Shown here: positions 48,371-57,788 of the stretch, piece by piece
Position numbering within the stretch: the first letter of the stretch is position 1
Layout: each line of letters opens with the position of its first letter
DNA from: a virus
Taxonomy: Duplodnaviria > Heunggongvirae > Uroviricota > Caudoviricetes
DNA: 64,000 nt
Virus record (IMG/VR): IMGVR_UViG_3300017705_000602
Strand: one strand, 5' to 3'
Position numbers and translations under genes: made by a program
Notes under the pieces: generated by a model
What the model was told of the DNA's origin: nothing
Database searches by the model: none
The model's input: the letters and a program-made list of their open reading frames with translations, nothing else

Positions 48371-48579
48371 ACAATATTGTCTCCTTACAAATTATTCTGC
48401 AACATTAACACACCGAGATTATGAAGTCAAATTTTCCAGACCTGATTTGGTTAGATTTTTTGCCGACCTGGTCTAGAAAGCTTGCACACTTATACATGTG
48501 CATTTAACAAAACTTTTTATTGTGCGATTTTATCTTTTATGTTATAACTTACGTTGTCATGAAACAGTTAGAGGATCCC

Positions 48580-49314
48580 ATGGAAAAAACTGTACTATAT
48601 CACGAGAAGCCGAAGGGCTGGTCATATGCGTTAACACTGGCAACAGCAGTATCTTTATTAGTGTCATCGGTGTGCTTGATAACACTGATTGTATCTGGTG
48701 TACTGTTTAACGATCCTGCAAATTTTATTGTGTTTGCAACTGCTCCATTGGCACTAGTACACCTTGTTGTTAGTTCGTCTCTGTATATTAGCATCAGTAA
48801 ACACAGTTCATTAGCGGCAGAAATTCTGTTCGATGCAAAGGCAATTACCAGCGGTGTTAAACTAAAATCGTACAGTTCGGTCACTGTGCTAACAGTGTCA
48901 TTTGTGTTTATGTATTTTTGGTTATTGCCCTACGCATTTTATTTACTGATTAGATACAGAAAAGTATTGACTACCGCACTGGATCCTTTTTATGTTGTTG
49001 AAACGCCGGATCGTAATTTTTGCATAGCTTATGTAATGCACCGGTTATACAAAAAAGCATGGGACAAAGAAATTATCCCTGAAGACGTGCTCAACGAACA
49101 TTTTGTAAACATTGGCAACATCATGTTTATTCGCGATCGTTCTTCGGCTACCTTTTTACAGTTATCGTACACTGAAGAAAAGATATTGGAGGCATTCATG
49201 ATTGACGGAGAGGAGATATTCTCCGCAATGCACGATATAAGGTTAGAAATGTCGGCTGCTATTGACAGCACGCAGACCACAAAAGCAATAAAAAGATCTT
49301 TTAGATTTTGGTAA
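48580..49314 (+). CDS. membrane protein (paralog of next gene)
   Basis: 3 TM segments; GAGGA SD. Confidence 0.75.
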   Translation: MEKTVLYHEKPKGWSYALTLATAVSLLVSSVCLITLIVSGVLFNDPANFIVFATAPLALVHLVVSSSLYISISKHSSLAAEILFDAKAITSGVKLKSYSSVTVLTVSFVFMYFWLLPYAFYLLIRYRKVLTTALDPFYVVETPDRNFCIAYVMHRLYKKAWDKEIIPEDVLNEHFVNIGNIMFIRDRSSATFLQLSYTEEKILEAFMIDGEEIFSAMHDIRLEMSAAIDSTQTTKAIKRSFRFW

Positions 49315-49326
49315 AGGACCAAGCTC

Positions 49327-50058
49327 ATGGATGTACTAATAACAGTTCGAAATAAACTAATCGTATTCGTTGTCGCATGTGCCAACGTTTGGGTAACATT
49401 CTGCATAGGGTATATATTGTACCATGCGATATTTAAACAAAGCTTTCAACTCCCGTTTGAAAATAATTTTTTACCAACAATGGCAACTTCTGTTGCATGT
49501 GTAGTATGGGTGTTTTCTTTTAAGATTATACCCGACATTACCATTTCCGATGGGGTTGGAAAATACAAATCAATTACACAAGTTAAACACCCTGGCCGAG
49601 CACTGATTGCAATCATGCAAATGATTAGAATGCTGATTATTTTTGTGCCTGTACCAATCGCGTACCTAGCAGTTGGCATCCGAAATCGTAAGTGTTGCTG
49701 TATAATGGCAGATCTGCGTGTAAACAGATACACCATTGAACTGCGCAAGGCCAATCTCAAACACGATAACGACAACTATATTACGCAAGAAGATTTTGAG
49801 GAACACTTTGTATGCGACAACAAAGGTGCGTGCATAATAAAAAACACAGACTCTCTCACATACTTGTTATTAACATATAACAAAGAAAATATATTAAGAT
49901 CATTTGGCTATTTAGAGGAACGCGATTTTAATAATATCCCTCGCTACTTATTATCAATGTTTGATGCTCCGTGTCCAGTTACAAGAAAGATACAGCACGA
50001 GACCGGGCAGGAGGATTTAACAGTTGACCAAGTTCTCAATTATGTCAAATTTATATGA
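49327..50058 (+). CDS. membrane protein (paralog of previous gene)
   Basis: 3 TM segments; shared EHFV...T(F/Y)L.L.Y motif. Confidence 0.75.
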   Translation: MDVLITVRNKLIVFVVACANVWVTFCIGYILYHAIFKQSFQLPFENNFLPTMATSVACVVWVFSFKIIPDITISDGVGKYKSITQVKHPGRALIAIMQMIRMLIIFVPVPIAYLAVGIRNRKCCCIMADLRVNRYTIELRKANLKHDNDNYITQEDFEEHFVCDNKGACIIKNTDSLTYLLLTYNKENILRSFGYLEERDFNNIPRYLLSMFDAPCPVTRKIQHETGQEDLTVDQVLNYVKFI

Positions 50059-50094
50059 CCTAAAAATAAAAGGTAAAAAAGAACCAAAAAGGTC

Positions 50095-50122
50095 TTGACC
50101 TATTTCTATGCTCCTGTATAAT
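50095..50122 (+). promoter_or_regulatory. sigma70-type promoter
   Basis: TTGACC-16-TATAAT with A-tract UP element. Confidence 0.75.
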
Positions 50123-50165
50123 TGTTGACAGTTAGGTAATGCACACATGCACAGGAGCACATATT

Positions 50166-51320
50166 ATGTTTGTTAATATTCTTAAAGGTATACACCGCAA
50201 CAACGAAGTATCAGGCGTTTTCCCAGTTATTAAGCCTTTTAACGTTACACCAACTGGCCAAGGCCAAATACAAATACGCACCAGAATTGAGCCACCGTTT
50301 ACTGTTGACTCACCGCGTGTTAAGGTCGATGCCGAATCATTTTTTTACTGTGATGAGAACGGTGAGCAATTGGATGATCAGGCGTTAGCAGTTACGCCTA
50401 TGCTGGCAGCTTCTCCGGTAGCAGGCACAATGGCTGAGCCAATGATCGACTACGAGACTCGTGTACTACAGAACGAGTCGGAAGAAGATGCAATCGAACG
50501 TATCCGTCATACATTTGACATGTACGAAAAGTCTGCAAAGGCAACTATCAATGGCGCTATGCGTGGCTTGATCGTGTCGGGTCCTCCGGGTATTGGTAAG
50601 TCACACGGTGTTATGGAGATGTTGCAACACCCAGAGCGTCAAACATATCAGGCCCTGGCAGGTAACTTTGGCGGCGAGCTTGATTACGAAGTTATTTCGG
50701 GTTCATCGTCAGCAATTGGTTTGTATCAGAAACTGTATCACTTTCGCAAGCCCAACTCGGTGCTAGTGTTTGATGACTGTGACGAGATCTTTGCTAACGA
50801 AGAAAGTCTTAACTTGCTCAAGGCAGCACTTGACAGTTCGGACAAGCGTACTATTTCTTGGAACAAACAATCGCGAGTGCTTGAAGAAGAAGGCATACCA
50901 CGTGTGTTTGACTTTGAAGGCAGTGTTATTGTTCTTACTAACATTGACTTCGAGCGTGCTCGTAACACGTTACGCAAGCATTTAGACGCTATGATTTCAC
51001 GTTGTCACTATGTGAATCTTGAGATTACTACAACACGCGACAAGCTGTTACGTGTTAAACAGATCATACGCGACGGCATGCTTACCAAGTATCGCTTTGA
51101 AGATGGCGAAGAAGAACAGATCATTCAGTACATGAATGATAACGGTGAGTATCTTAACGATATCTCGTTACGTATGGCAACCAAGATTGCCGACTTAGCT
51201 AGCAGTTTCCCACATGATTGGAGAGAGATGGCTGAGACTACATGTATGCATCGTGAAGCACGCTTTAAGCGTTTACACGAACGCCGTGAAGCTGCCAAGC
51301 AAGCAGAACTAGTAGAATAA
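50166..51320 (+). CDS. AAA+ ATPase
   Basis: SGPPGIGKS, LVFDDCD, LTN, SRC. Confidence 0.88.
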   Translation: MFVNILKGIHRNNEVSGVFPVIKPFNVTPTGQGQIQIRTRIEPPFTVDSPRVKVDAESFFYCDENGEQLDDQALAVTPMLAASPVAGTMAEPMIDYETRVLQNESEEDAIERIRHTFDMYEKSAKATINGAMRGLIVSGPPGIGKSHGVMEMLQHPERQTYQALAGNFGGELDYEVISGSSSAIGLYQKLYHFRKPNSVLVFDDCDEIFANEESLNLLKAALDSSDKRTISWNKQSRVLEEEGIPRVFDFEGSVIVLTNIDFERARNTLRKHLDAMISRCHYVNLEITTTRDKLLRVKQIIRDGMLTKYRFEDGEEEQIIQYMNDNGEYLNDISLRMATKIADLASSFPHDWREMAETTCMHREARFKRLHERREAAKQAELVE

Positions 51321-51325
51321 TTAAC

Positions 51326-51344
51326 AGGGCCGCAAGGCCCTTTT
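51326..51344 (+). terminator. intrinsic terminator
   Basis: AGGGCC-GCAA-GGCCCT plus TTT. Confidence 0.8.
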
Positions 51345-51503
51345 AACATGCTGTTAACAAAGATAATTTTTTACTGCTTTTTAAAAAAACAGGTTGCACA
51401 AAGTTTATACGGTGCTATAATACACAGACTTAGAAAGTAACTAAGTTACACACAAAACAAGTGAACACAACACATTTTTTCACTACCTAAAAAGGAATTG
51501 ACT

Positions 51504-51707
51504 ATGTCAAATGCAAAAACTTCAAACTTAATCTTTAGTCGTCGTCTAGGCGAAAGTGCTATTGTAGGTGAAGGCGCCAATGCGGTAACAGTTACTGTCG
51601 TTGGTTTTCAAGGCAACCAGGTCAAACTAAGCTTTGCCGCTCCACGAGGCGTTGCAATTGATCGCGAAGAAATTCGCAAAAGAAAACAAGAATCGCCAAT
51701 GTACTAA
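51504..51707 (+). CDS. csrA: CsrA/RsmA-family translational regulator
   Basis: LIFSRRLGES..G...VTVV...GNQVKLSFAAP..V.I.REEI. Confidence 0.9.
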   Translation: MSNAKTSNLIFSRRLGESAIVGEGANAVTVTVVGFQGNQVKLSFAAPRGVAIDREEIRKRKQESPMY

Positions 51708-51731
51708 ATTGTACGGCATCTCCAAGTTTCG

Positions 51732-51761
51732 AAACGCACGTATATAACGTGCGTTTTTTTT
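51732..51761 (+). terminator. intrinsic terminator
   Basis: AACGCACGT-ATATA-ACGTGCGTT plus T-run. Confidence 0.85.
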
Positions 51762-51825
51762 GACTTAAAATCCTTTTACTTCTGTTTCTCTTGTGTTACT
51801 ATGTATGCATTGTTTATTAAGGACT

Positions 51826-53253
51826 ATGCACATGAGCACAGAAACCACACACACAGTTCATTTCAGTGTACACGGCGATTTCATAACCGATCACTTTCGC
51901 AGTTTGGTTCGCGAAGGCAACTGGAGAAAAGCACTAGAGGACACCATGGACTCACTCATTGGCATGACCCGCGAATACGCCGAAATGATTCTAACAGGCG
52001 AAGCCAAACTCGAAGGTGTTAACACAGTTGATCTTGTTGAGGATGATATTCATTCTGATAACAACTGGGTTTCAAAACAGTACTATGTGTACACCAGTCG
52101 GTTGTTTGCATACAATAGCAAGTTGTATCTTCCTTATCGCGAAGTCGATGGCCTCGATTCCAACGATGCACAAAAAGCAATGGACTTGTTCGGTTGGTCT
52201 GCTATTCCATGGCAAGAAGATCAGCAGTTACAATTTACACAGGACAGACTCAAAACGTACATGAATGACCCGAGTGATGATATAGCAATATACAACACTG
52301 ACGGATCGTGGATGCTATGCAAAGAATCAATGCCAGACTATCCTAGTTGGCTTACTCGCAAACAATTTTTCGAAATGGTACAGGCAAACACACCCGACGA
52401 TATTGAAGACAGAATCGAATCGGGCTCGGATGTGTTGATTGACAGAGAGTCCCTTGTACACAAAGACACAGGCAGTAACAGCATAGTCGATACGTTTTTA
52501 GAAAACATGGAAAAGTCAGAACATGCACACAACAATATCGATTCGCTGAAACAAAAGATTAAGCAACAGGCAGACAAATTAGGAGGCTGGATAACACTGC
52601 GTGACAAGCGAGCCAAGCAGTCTTACACCATTCCTAAAAATCCATTCTTGCGCTGGTGCCTGTCAGACAATCCGATGTACAACACAATTGAATGGCCTTG
52701 CGTTTCACCGCAGGGCATGAAAATGGGCGGCGATGATCCTAATCACACTGATTGGTGGCTGTTTACTGAGTTGCCAATTGATCAAGCCGAAAATCATGAT
52801 TCTCGTGCATGCAAGTTTTTCTTTCAAGAAAGGCATCGTATGCACGAGGAAATAACTGGCTCGAATATCAAGTGTCTCATTGACAGCGGTCACAAAGGAT
52901 TAAGAGATGGACCGGTAGTATTCTTTAATTGTGCAAACGAGCATCCAGTTCCGCATAACAGTATCATTGTAATACCGAATGCATCTCCTGATTTTGAAAT
53001 GCTAGCAAAGAAAGCGTCCGAGCAGAATTGTATAGTTATAACCGAAACAGGCGGAGCGTTATGTCACTTGGCAACAGTAGGACGCGAATTTGGTTTGCAG
53101 TTGTACCTGTTGCCTGACGCTAGACGTATACTAAAAGGCGCTGTTATTGCGTCTGTAAGCACCAGCACAATGCAACTAACTGTTAGCGATTATAGCGGCC
53201 ACGAGCTAGAGATGTTGTTAAAGCGCAAAATGACAGGCATGCACTACAAATAA
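51826..53253 (+). CDS. hypothetical protein with C-terminal PEP-utilising phospho-His swivel domain
   Basis: VITETGGALCHLATVGREFG matches TxxGGxxSHxAxxARExG. Confidence 0.75.
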   Translation: MHMSTETTHTVHFSVHGDFITDHFRSLVREGNWRKALEDTMDSLIGMTREYAEMILTGEAKLEGVNTVDLVEDDIHSDNNWVSKQYYVYTSRLFAYNSKLYLPYREVDGLDSNDAQKAMDLFGWSAIPWQEDQQLQFTQDRLKTYMNDPSDDIAIYNTDGSWMLCKESMPDYPSWLTRKQFFEMVQANTPDDIEDRIESGSDVLIDRESLVHKDTGSNSIVDTFLENMEKSEHAHNNIDSLKQKIKQQADKLGGWITLRDKRAKQSYTIPKNPFLRWCLSDNPMYNTIEWPCVSPQGMKMGGDDPNHTDWWLFTELPIDQAENHDSRACKFFFQERHRMHEEITGSNIKCLIDSGHKGLRDGPVVFFNCANEHPVPHNSIIVIPNASPDFEMLAKKASEQNCIVITETGGALCHLATVGREFGLQLYLLPDARRILKGAVIASVSTSTMQLTVSDYSGHELEMLLKRKMTGMHYK

Positions 53254-53285
53254 AACAGCATGGTATTCATACGATAAATACATAT

Positions 53286-53621
53286 ATGAATACAAAGCCA
53301 TTACACCCATTGACCACTGTTAAAGATGCACTTCGTGCAATTTCGGAGAACCGAGTAGTACCTGTTTCGAAAATAGGAGAGTTTTACTATCGCCTGTCCG
53401 ACGACGACATTGAACTAGGCAATTTAATCTATACTCAGTTCACACTGGATCGAGTTCCAGTGAAATCATGGAGAGTGCGTTACGCAACTTACCATACTAT
53501 TCATCAGGCTATTGCTAACCCGTTGCCGCGTGGCGAACTCAGTTACTTAGCACACACTGAACTACCACAAGATCTAGACCTAATCATGACGGTTGGTCAA
53601 ATCTTAAAGGGCTACTCCTAG
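53286..53621 (+). CDS. hypothetical protein
   Basis: follows GATAAATA motif. Confidence 0.6.
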   Translation: MNTKPLHPLTTVKDALRAISENRVVPVSKIGEFYYRLSDDDIELGNLIYTQFTLDRVPVKSWRVRYATYHTIHQAIANPLPRGELSYLAHTELPQDLDLIMTVGQILKGYS

Positions 53622-53682
53622 GTCGTAATGCTTGTTTCTTTGCTGTATACTTCTTGTATATTGTTTAGAGGAATAAGCACAC

Positions 53683-54066
53683 ATGACACCACAAGAAGCA
53701 TACGAAAGTATCAAACAAACCCACCGTGGCACTCACATTCGCGATTGGATTTCTAAATTCAATGTGATCAACGATGCCAGTGTCAAATTGTTATCGACAC
53801 TGACATGGTCGTTCATGCTTGCATCGTTAGTTTCAACCATATTCGGCTTTAATGCGCTGATGGGTTTTTTGCAAGGCGCTTACCAGAAAGAAGTAGATCT
53901 AGGTAGTCTTATTGTTGCATTATTGTGTGCATGGTTGTGCGGCAAGTTTGACAAAGGTCTTCATGTAGTTAGAATTGATGCCAAGTTCAAGCGAGCAGTC
54001 GGCGAAGACAACATCAACAAAAAGTATCTTGAAGTTATTGATGCATTTTCCAAAGACAACACTTAA
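53683..54066 (+). CDS. membrane protein
   Basis: two hydrophobic helices; GAGGA SD. Confidence 0.7.
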   Translation: MTPQEAYESIKQTHRGTHIRDWISKFNVINDASVKLLSTLTWSFMLASLVSTIFGFNALMGFLQGAYQKEVDLGSLIVALLCAWLCGKFDKGLHVVRIDAKFKRAVGEDNINKKYLEVIDAFSKDNT

Positions 54067-54069
54067 TCG

Positions 54070-54097
54070 TTGACAATAGATGCACTTCTGTTATACT
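54070..54097 (+). promoter_or_regulatory. sigma70-type promoter
   Basis: TTGACA-16-TATACT, TGn. Confidence 0.75.
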
Positions 54098-54128
54098 TAA
54101 CACAACTAAAAGAAACAAGGCGAAAACT

Positions 54129-54305
54129 ATGGCAAGTTACAAATCGTGCGTTGAAAACTACTGCAAATGGTGCATCTATGATCCGGTAGTCGAAGGTTCT
54201 TGGCGTAAACAAGTTACCGAATGCGGTGCTACAGACTGTCCGTTGTACGAAGTTCGACCAAAGACAATGGCCGAAATCGAAAAAAATCGGAAAACAAAAA
54301 AGTGA
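54129..54305 (+). CDS. 58-aa Cys4 Zn-binding protein (not in ORF track)
   Basis: MASYKSCVENYCKWCIYD...ECGATDCPLYEVRP; own promoter and AAGG SD. Confidence 0.75.
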   Translation: MASYKSCVENYCKWCIYDPVVEGSWRKQVTECGATDCPLYEVRPKTMAEIEKNRKTKK

Positions 54306-54312
54306 AATCCGA

Positions 54313-55146
54313 TTAATATTCGACACGTCGGTAACCGTTAATTTCAGCTTCGGCATAATTCATAACTGTGCTACGATTTATGCCGAAGTGCCTAGCTATT
54401 TCTGTTGCTCCGGCACCATTTGGAAAACCAGGCGCATAGTATCTCCAGCTCTTTACATTTCTTTTCGATGAGTTCTTCGGGACTTGTTCGTTAGTGTTAG
54501 CATTATGTGCTGTCCAATTTTTAAATTTCGGGTTAGCTGATTTGCATCGAAACATTAATGTATGCTTGTTAATGTTAAACTTTTCTATCGCTTCCTGTAG
54601 TGTAAGATTTTCAGCTTCGGCGATCGTGTAAAGAAAGTTTGTACGAGAAGTAGCCTTTGGTTCTACAATTGCCGGCTTTAGTGGTTGTCCAGTATCTTTA
54701 CAGACTAAAAACCAATTTTTCCACTTTTTTAATCCGCTGGCGCATCGATTATATATTGTCGTAGGATGAACACTGTATAATAAGGCGGCGGTACCCACGA
54801 GCATCTCGCCGGATGGAGTCGATATTAAATAAGTAGCCTTTTCGTATGCGGCACGATAACGAAGTTCTTTATAGATTTCTGCATCTATCTGAATTTCACT
54901 AAAATCGCGACCTGCTGTCATTGCATTCCATGCTTGTGCTAGTTTACCGTTATTCGGATTATCTATTGCGAGATAATAATGTGCTTTGTAATGATCTTCG
55001 GGTGTTAAATGTACTAAGTTGTCCTTGTTGTTGCTACCGCCCATGCATCTTGGGATAATATGATGGATTTCGTATATTTGAAATGGGTTAATTTTAGCTC
55101 GTTTAGCGTTTTCTATTAATTCTAAATATTCGGTTGACTTTTTCAT
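54313..55146 (-). mobile_element. free-standing HNH homing endonuclease
   Basis: EIHHIIPRCMGGSN..NLVHLTPEDHYKAH; repeated HTH-like C-terminal modules. Confidence 0.88.
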
Positions 55147-55308
55147 GTATTTATTTATCATCAGTAGCGTAAACAAGCCGAACTATGCGGTTTAAAAAAT
55201 ATATAGATTTTTTTAAAATAATGGTTGACGTTGTTTCTGAAAGAATCTAATATATAGACACTGCAAAACACATAGCAGTTTCAATCACACACAGAAAAGG
55301 TATATATT

Positions 55309-55656
55309 ATGTCACAAGCCGAAAAGAAAGATCGAGTTACTCTTATGTCACAAGCCCGTGGTATGTTCAGCAATCAATTAGGTCGCTGGGCTAAAGGTGA
55401 GTTCAAGGAAGAAAAGCGTCCTTATGGCGCATTCCGTAAACAACTGATCAGTCAGTTCAAAGAGGATTTGGAAGTATCTACCGCATCGGCAGCGACTATG
55501 TTTAACAACCTTCGTAAAGAAGCGTTAGCAAACGATCCTGATTTAGTGTTACAACGTGATCCAAAGATTGCTCGAGTCAAGTCTGATCGCAAGCCTGGAC
55601 GTCCTTCGAATGCCGAAAAGCAAAAAGAAGAACAAGGTGAAGCACAGTCTGCATAA
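55309..55656 (+). CDS. hypothetical, possible DNA-binding protein
   Basis: basic, KPGRP; own promoter and terminator. Confidence 0.75.
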   Translation: MSQAEKKDRVTLMSQARGMFSNQLGRWAKGEFKEEKRPYGAFRKQLISQFKEDLEVSTASAATMFNNLRKEALANDPDLVLQRDPKIARVKSDRKPGRPSNAEKQKEEQGEAQSA

Positions 55657-55675
55657 TCGCAACCTGTACGATCAA

Positions 55676-55703
55676 AGAAAAGGCAACTTCGGTTGCCTTT
55701 TCT
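55676..55703 (+). terminator. intrinsic terminator
   Basis: AGAAAAGGCAAC-TTCG-GTTGCCTTTTCT. Confidence 0.85.
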
Positions 55704-55789
55704 GTTATTTAAAATATCAAAAAACAGTTGACACAGGTGCGCTTCTTTAGTACTATTACACTACACAGACACATACACACAGGTGATTT

Positions 55790-56044
55790 ATGTCAATTGA
55801 GACTTATGTATTTTTAGGAATTGCAATTGTTTTTTGGTTGTTCATGGCGTTGAAACATCCGTGGGCAACACTGGTTTGCGTTGGGCTAGCATTTGTTACA
55901 CCTGACACCCATATCCTGAACGCATTGCTCGGATGGACTGTGTTTGCCGCACTGTTCGTAACCAGTTTCGGTAGGCATGTGTTAGGCGGTTTCATTGTTG
56001 GCTTTGTAGTAAACATGTTCATTACGCACATGAAAAAGTCATAA
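55790..56044 (+). CDS. small integral membrane protein
   Basis: highly hydrophobic; AGGTG SD. Confidence 0.75.
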   Translation: MSIETYVFLGIAIVFWLFMALKHPWATLVCVGLAFVTPDTHILNALLGWTVFAALFVTSFGRHVLGGFIVGFVVNMFITHMKKS

Positions 56045-56089
56045 GTATTTTAAAGCAGAGCAAGGAATTCTCTGCTTGTCATCAAGGAA

Positions 56090-56569
56090 ATGAACATGAA
56101 AAAACTAGTTATAGTACTTGTAACAGCATACATTGTCTTTACTACTGCAATCACATACGATACTATGTTCCGTGGTACTGCACAAGAACAGCCGCAACCA
56201 GACCCACAACCAGTTTCGATCAAGAACTCGCTTTCAACCGATAGTCCCGAGTCAGTAGGAAACGGAATTGCAATTGTTATAGTGGTATCGTCTTGGTGTG
56301 CCGTTGACCAAGACGATCCGTACATAGAAGCAATCAGTACCGAAACACTCAAGAATTTGCTTACCTTATCCGAAAAAATGAATACCGGTTCTGTTAAAGG
56401 TTTCGAAAGCAAACAAATTGCACAAAATGTTAAACAGGGTATCGCACGAATCTCAGTTGCGATTGAAGACAAGCCCGAAATCATGAACAGTGCATGCAAC
56501 CAAGCAACCTTCACTGAAATCAATCGCTTTTTGTCCGAGCTGTCAAGATCAATTGCATACTTCATTTAA
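56090..56569 (+). CDS. membrane-anchored/secreted hypothetical protein
   Basis: MKK plus hydrophobic N-terminus. Confidence 0.7.
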   Translation: MNMKKLVIVLVTAYIVFTTAITYDTMFRGTAQEQPQPDPQPVSIKNSLSTDSPESVGNGIAIVIVVSSWCAVDQDDPYIEAISTETLKNLLTLSEKMNTGSVKGFESKQIAQNVKQGIARISVAIEDKPEIMNSACNQATFTEINRFLSELSRSIAYFI

Positions 56570-56608
56570 TAGTTGCTTTTTGTGTAAAAGTATAGTAAGC
56601 TTTATGCA

Positions 56609-56878
56609 TTGAAAAACTGGCATAAGGAGCAGCCATTGTCTTACATACACCCGCCGATGTATCAGCGTATTATATCGGCTATTAACACTGCAACAAACAG
56701 CACACAGGAACAGTTGTTAGCACTTGCAAAGCGCCACGAACGATCATCACGTGACATCACTGTGGTTACAGGGCACGCAGTTATTGTGGAATCTGGCACA
56801 GTAAATCTAGAACTAGAATACGAATACTTTGTTGACGAACGTCGGCAATTGGTTAATGTTGTGCTGGTACCATTTTAA
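56609..56878 (+). CDS. hypothetical protein
   Basis: AAGGAG SD before internal TTG. Confidence 0.55.
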   Translation: MKNWHKEQPLSYIHPPMYQRIISAINTATNSTQEQLLALAKRHERSSRDITVVTGHAVIVESGTVNLELEYEYFVDERRQLVNVVLVPF

Positions 56879-56890
56879 AAAGGAAAATAT

Positions 56891-57154
56891 ATGTTTATTG
56901 TTTTACTAACTATTGTGGTTAGCTTGTGTCTGAACTATCTGCTGGTTACCGGGCACGAGCGCCTGCTAACTGAATCAATTGCTCGAGGTTCAGTATCTGC
57001 AAAACTGCTAAAAGACTCTCCGGTTATCATGACCGCATTTTCTATTCTGCTACCTGCTGTATCGGTAGTGTCAACTGTGTGCGTACTTGTATTTTTAAAA
57101 TGCTGGTTACCATACGCAAGAGATCTTTCTTGCGATACAGAAAAAGATAGTTGA
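56891..57154 (+). CDS. membrane protein
   Basis: two TM helices; AGGA SD. Confidence 0.7.
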   Translation: MFIVLLTIVVSLCLNYLLVTGHERLLTESIARGSVSAKLLKDSPVIMTAFSILLPAVSVVSTVCVLVFLKCWLPYARDLSCDTEKDS

Positions 57155-57178
57155 CCTTTAGGTGCATGATGTTATACT
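57151..57178 (+). promoter_or_regulatory. sigma70-type promoter
   Basis: TTGACC-16-TATACT, TGn. Confidence 0.7.
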
Positions 57179-57207
57179 TTTAACATGGTTTAGCGAAAGG
57201 TGGCATC

Positions 57208-57525
57208 ATGCAAATAAAAGAATCCATCGAAGTACCAAAAAATTCAAAGCTACATAACTCGATACATCGTGGATACCGGTACGTAGACAAAGCCGACGCA
57301 TGGTTTTATTCTGGCGTGACTCGCCTGAGACTGAACGCGCATGCGACCAAATGCTTTGATCATGCACACCATTTATTTCGCAAACTCATTGCCGAAAACA
57401 AGTTAGAAGACTGGGATCACTGGCGCATTGGCATAGCCGGCGGGAACTGTTCTAACGGAGATTTCTACGCAGGCAGGGTAACCTTTATTTTTACAAAACT
57501 CAACAAGGAGCAAGATAATGAGTAA
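57208..57525 (+). CDS. hypothetical protein
   Basis: AGGTGG SD. Confidence 0.7.
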   Translation: MQIKESIEVPKNSKLHNSIHRGYRYVDKADAWFYSGVTRLRLNAHATKCFDHAHHLFRKLIAENKLEDWDHWRIGIAGGNCSNGDFYAGRVTFIFTKLNKEQDNE

Positions 57526-57781
57526 CAAATGGAAAGTTCTAGCCGGTGTGCTAGTTGTTTTATTATTGTCAGGCTGTGCTGACTCAGTTTCGTTTGAGCA
57601 AGCCGCAGAAATGACCGAGGTTGGTTTCTGGCATGGTTTCTGGCATGGTTTAATTTTACCAATTTCGTGGATTGCATCATTGTTTTCGGACAGTGTGGCA
57701 ATATATGCAATCTATAACTCCGGTGGCTGGTATGACTTTGGATTTTTTCTAGGCATCGGTACTTTATGTGCATCAAGTTAG
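57518..57781 (+). CDS. membrane lipoprotein
   Basis: LSGC lipobox; GFWHGFWHG. Confidence 0.8.
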   Translation: MSNKWKVLAGVLVVLLLSGCADSVSFEQAAEMTEVGFWHGFWHGLILPISWIASLFSDSVAIYAIYNSGGWYDFGFFLGIGTLCASS

Positions 57782-57788
57782 GACAATT

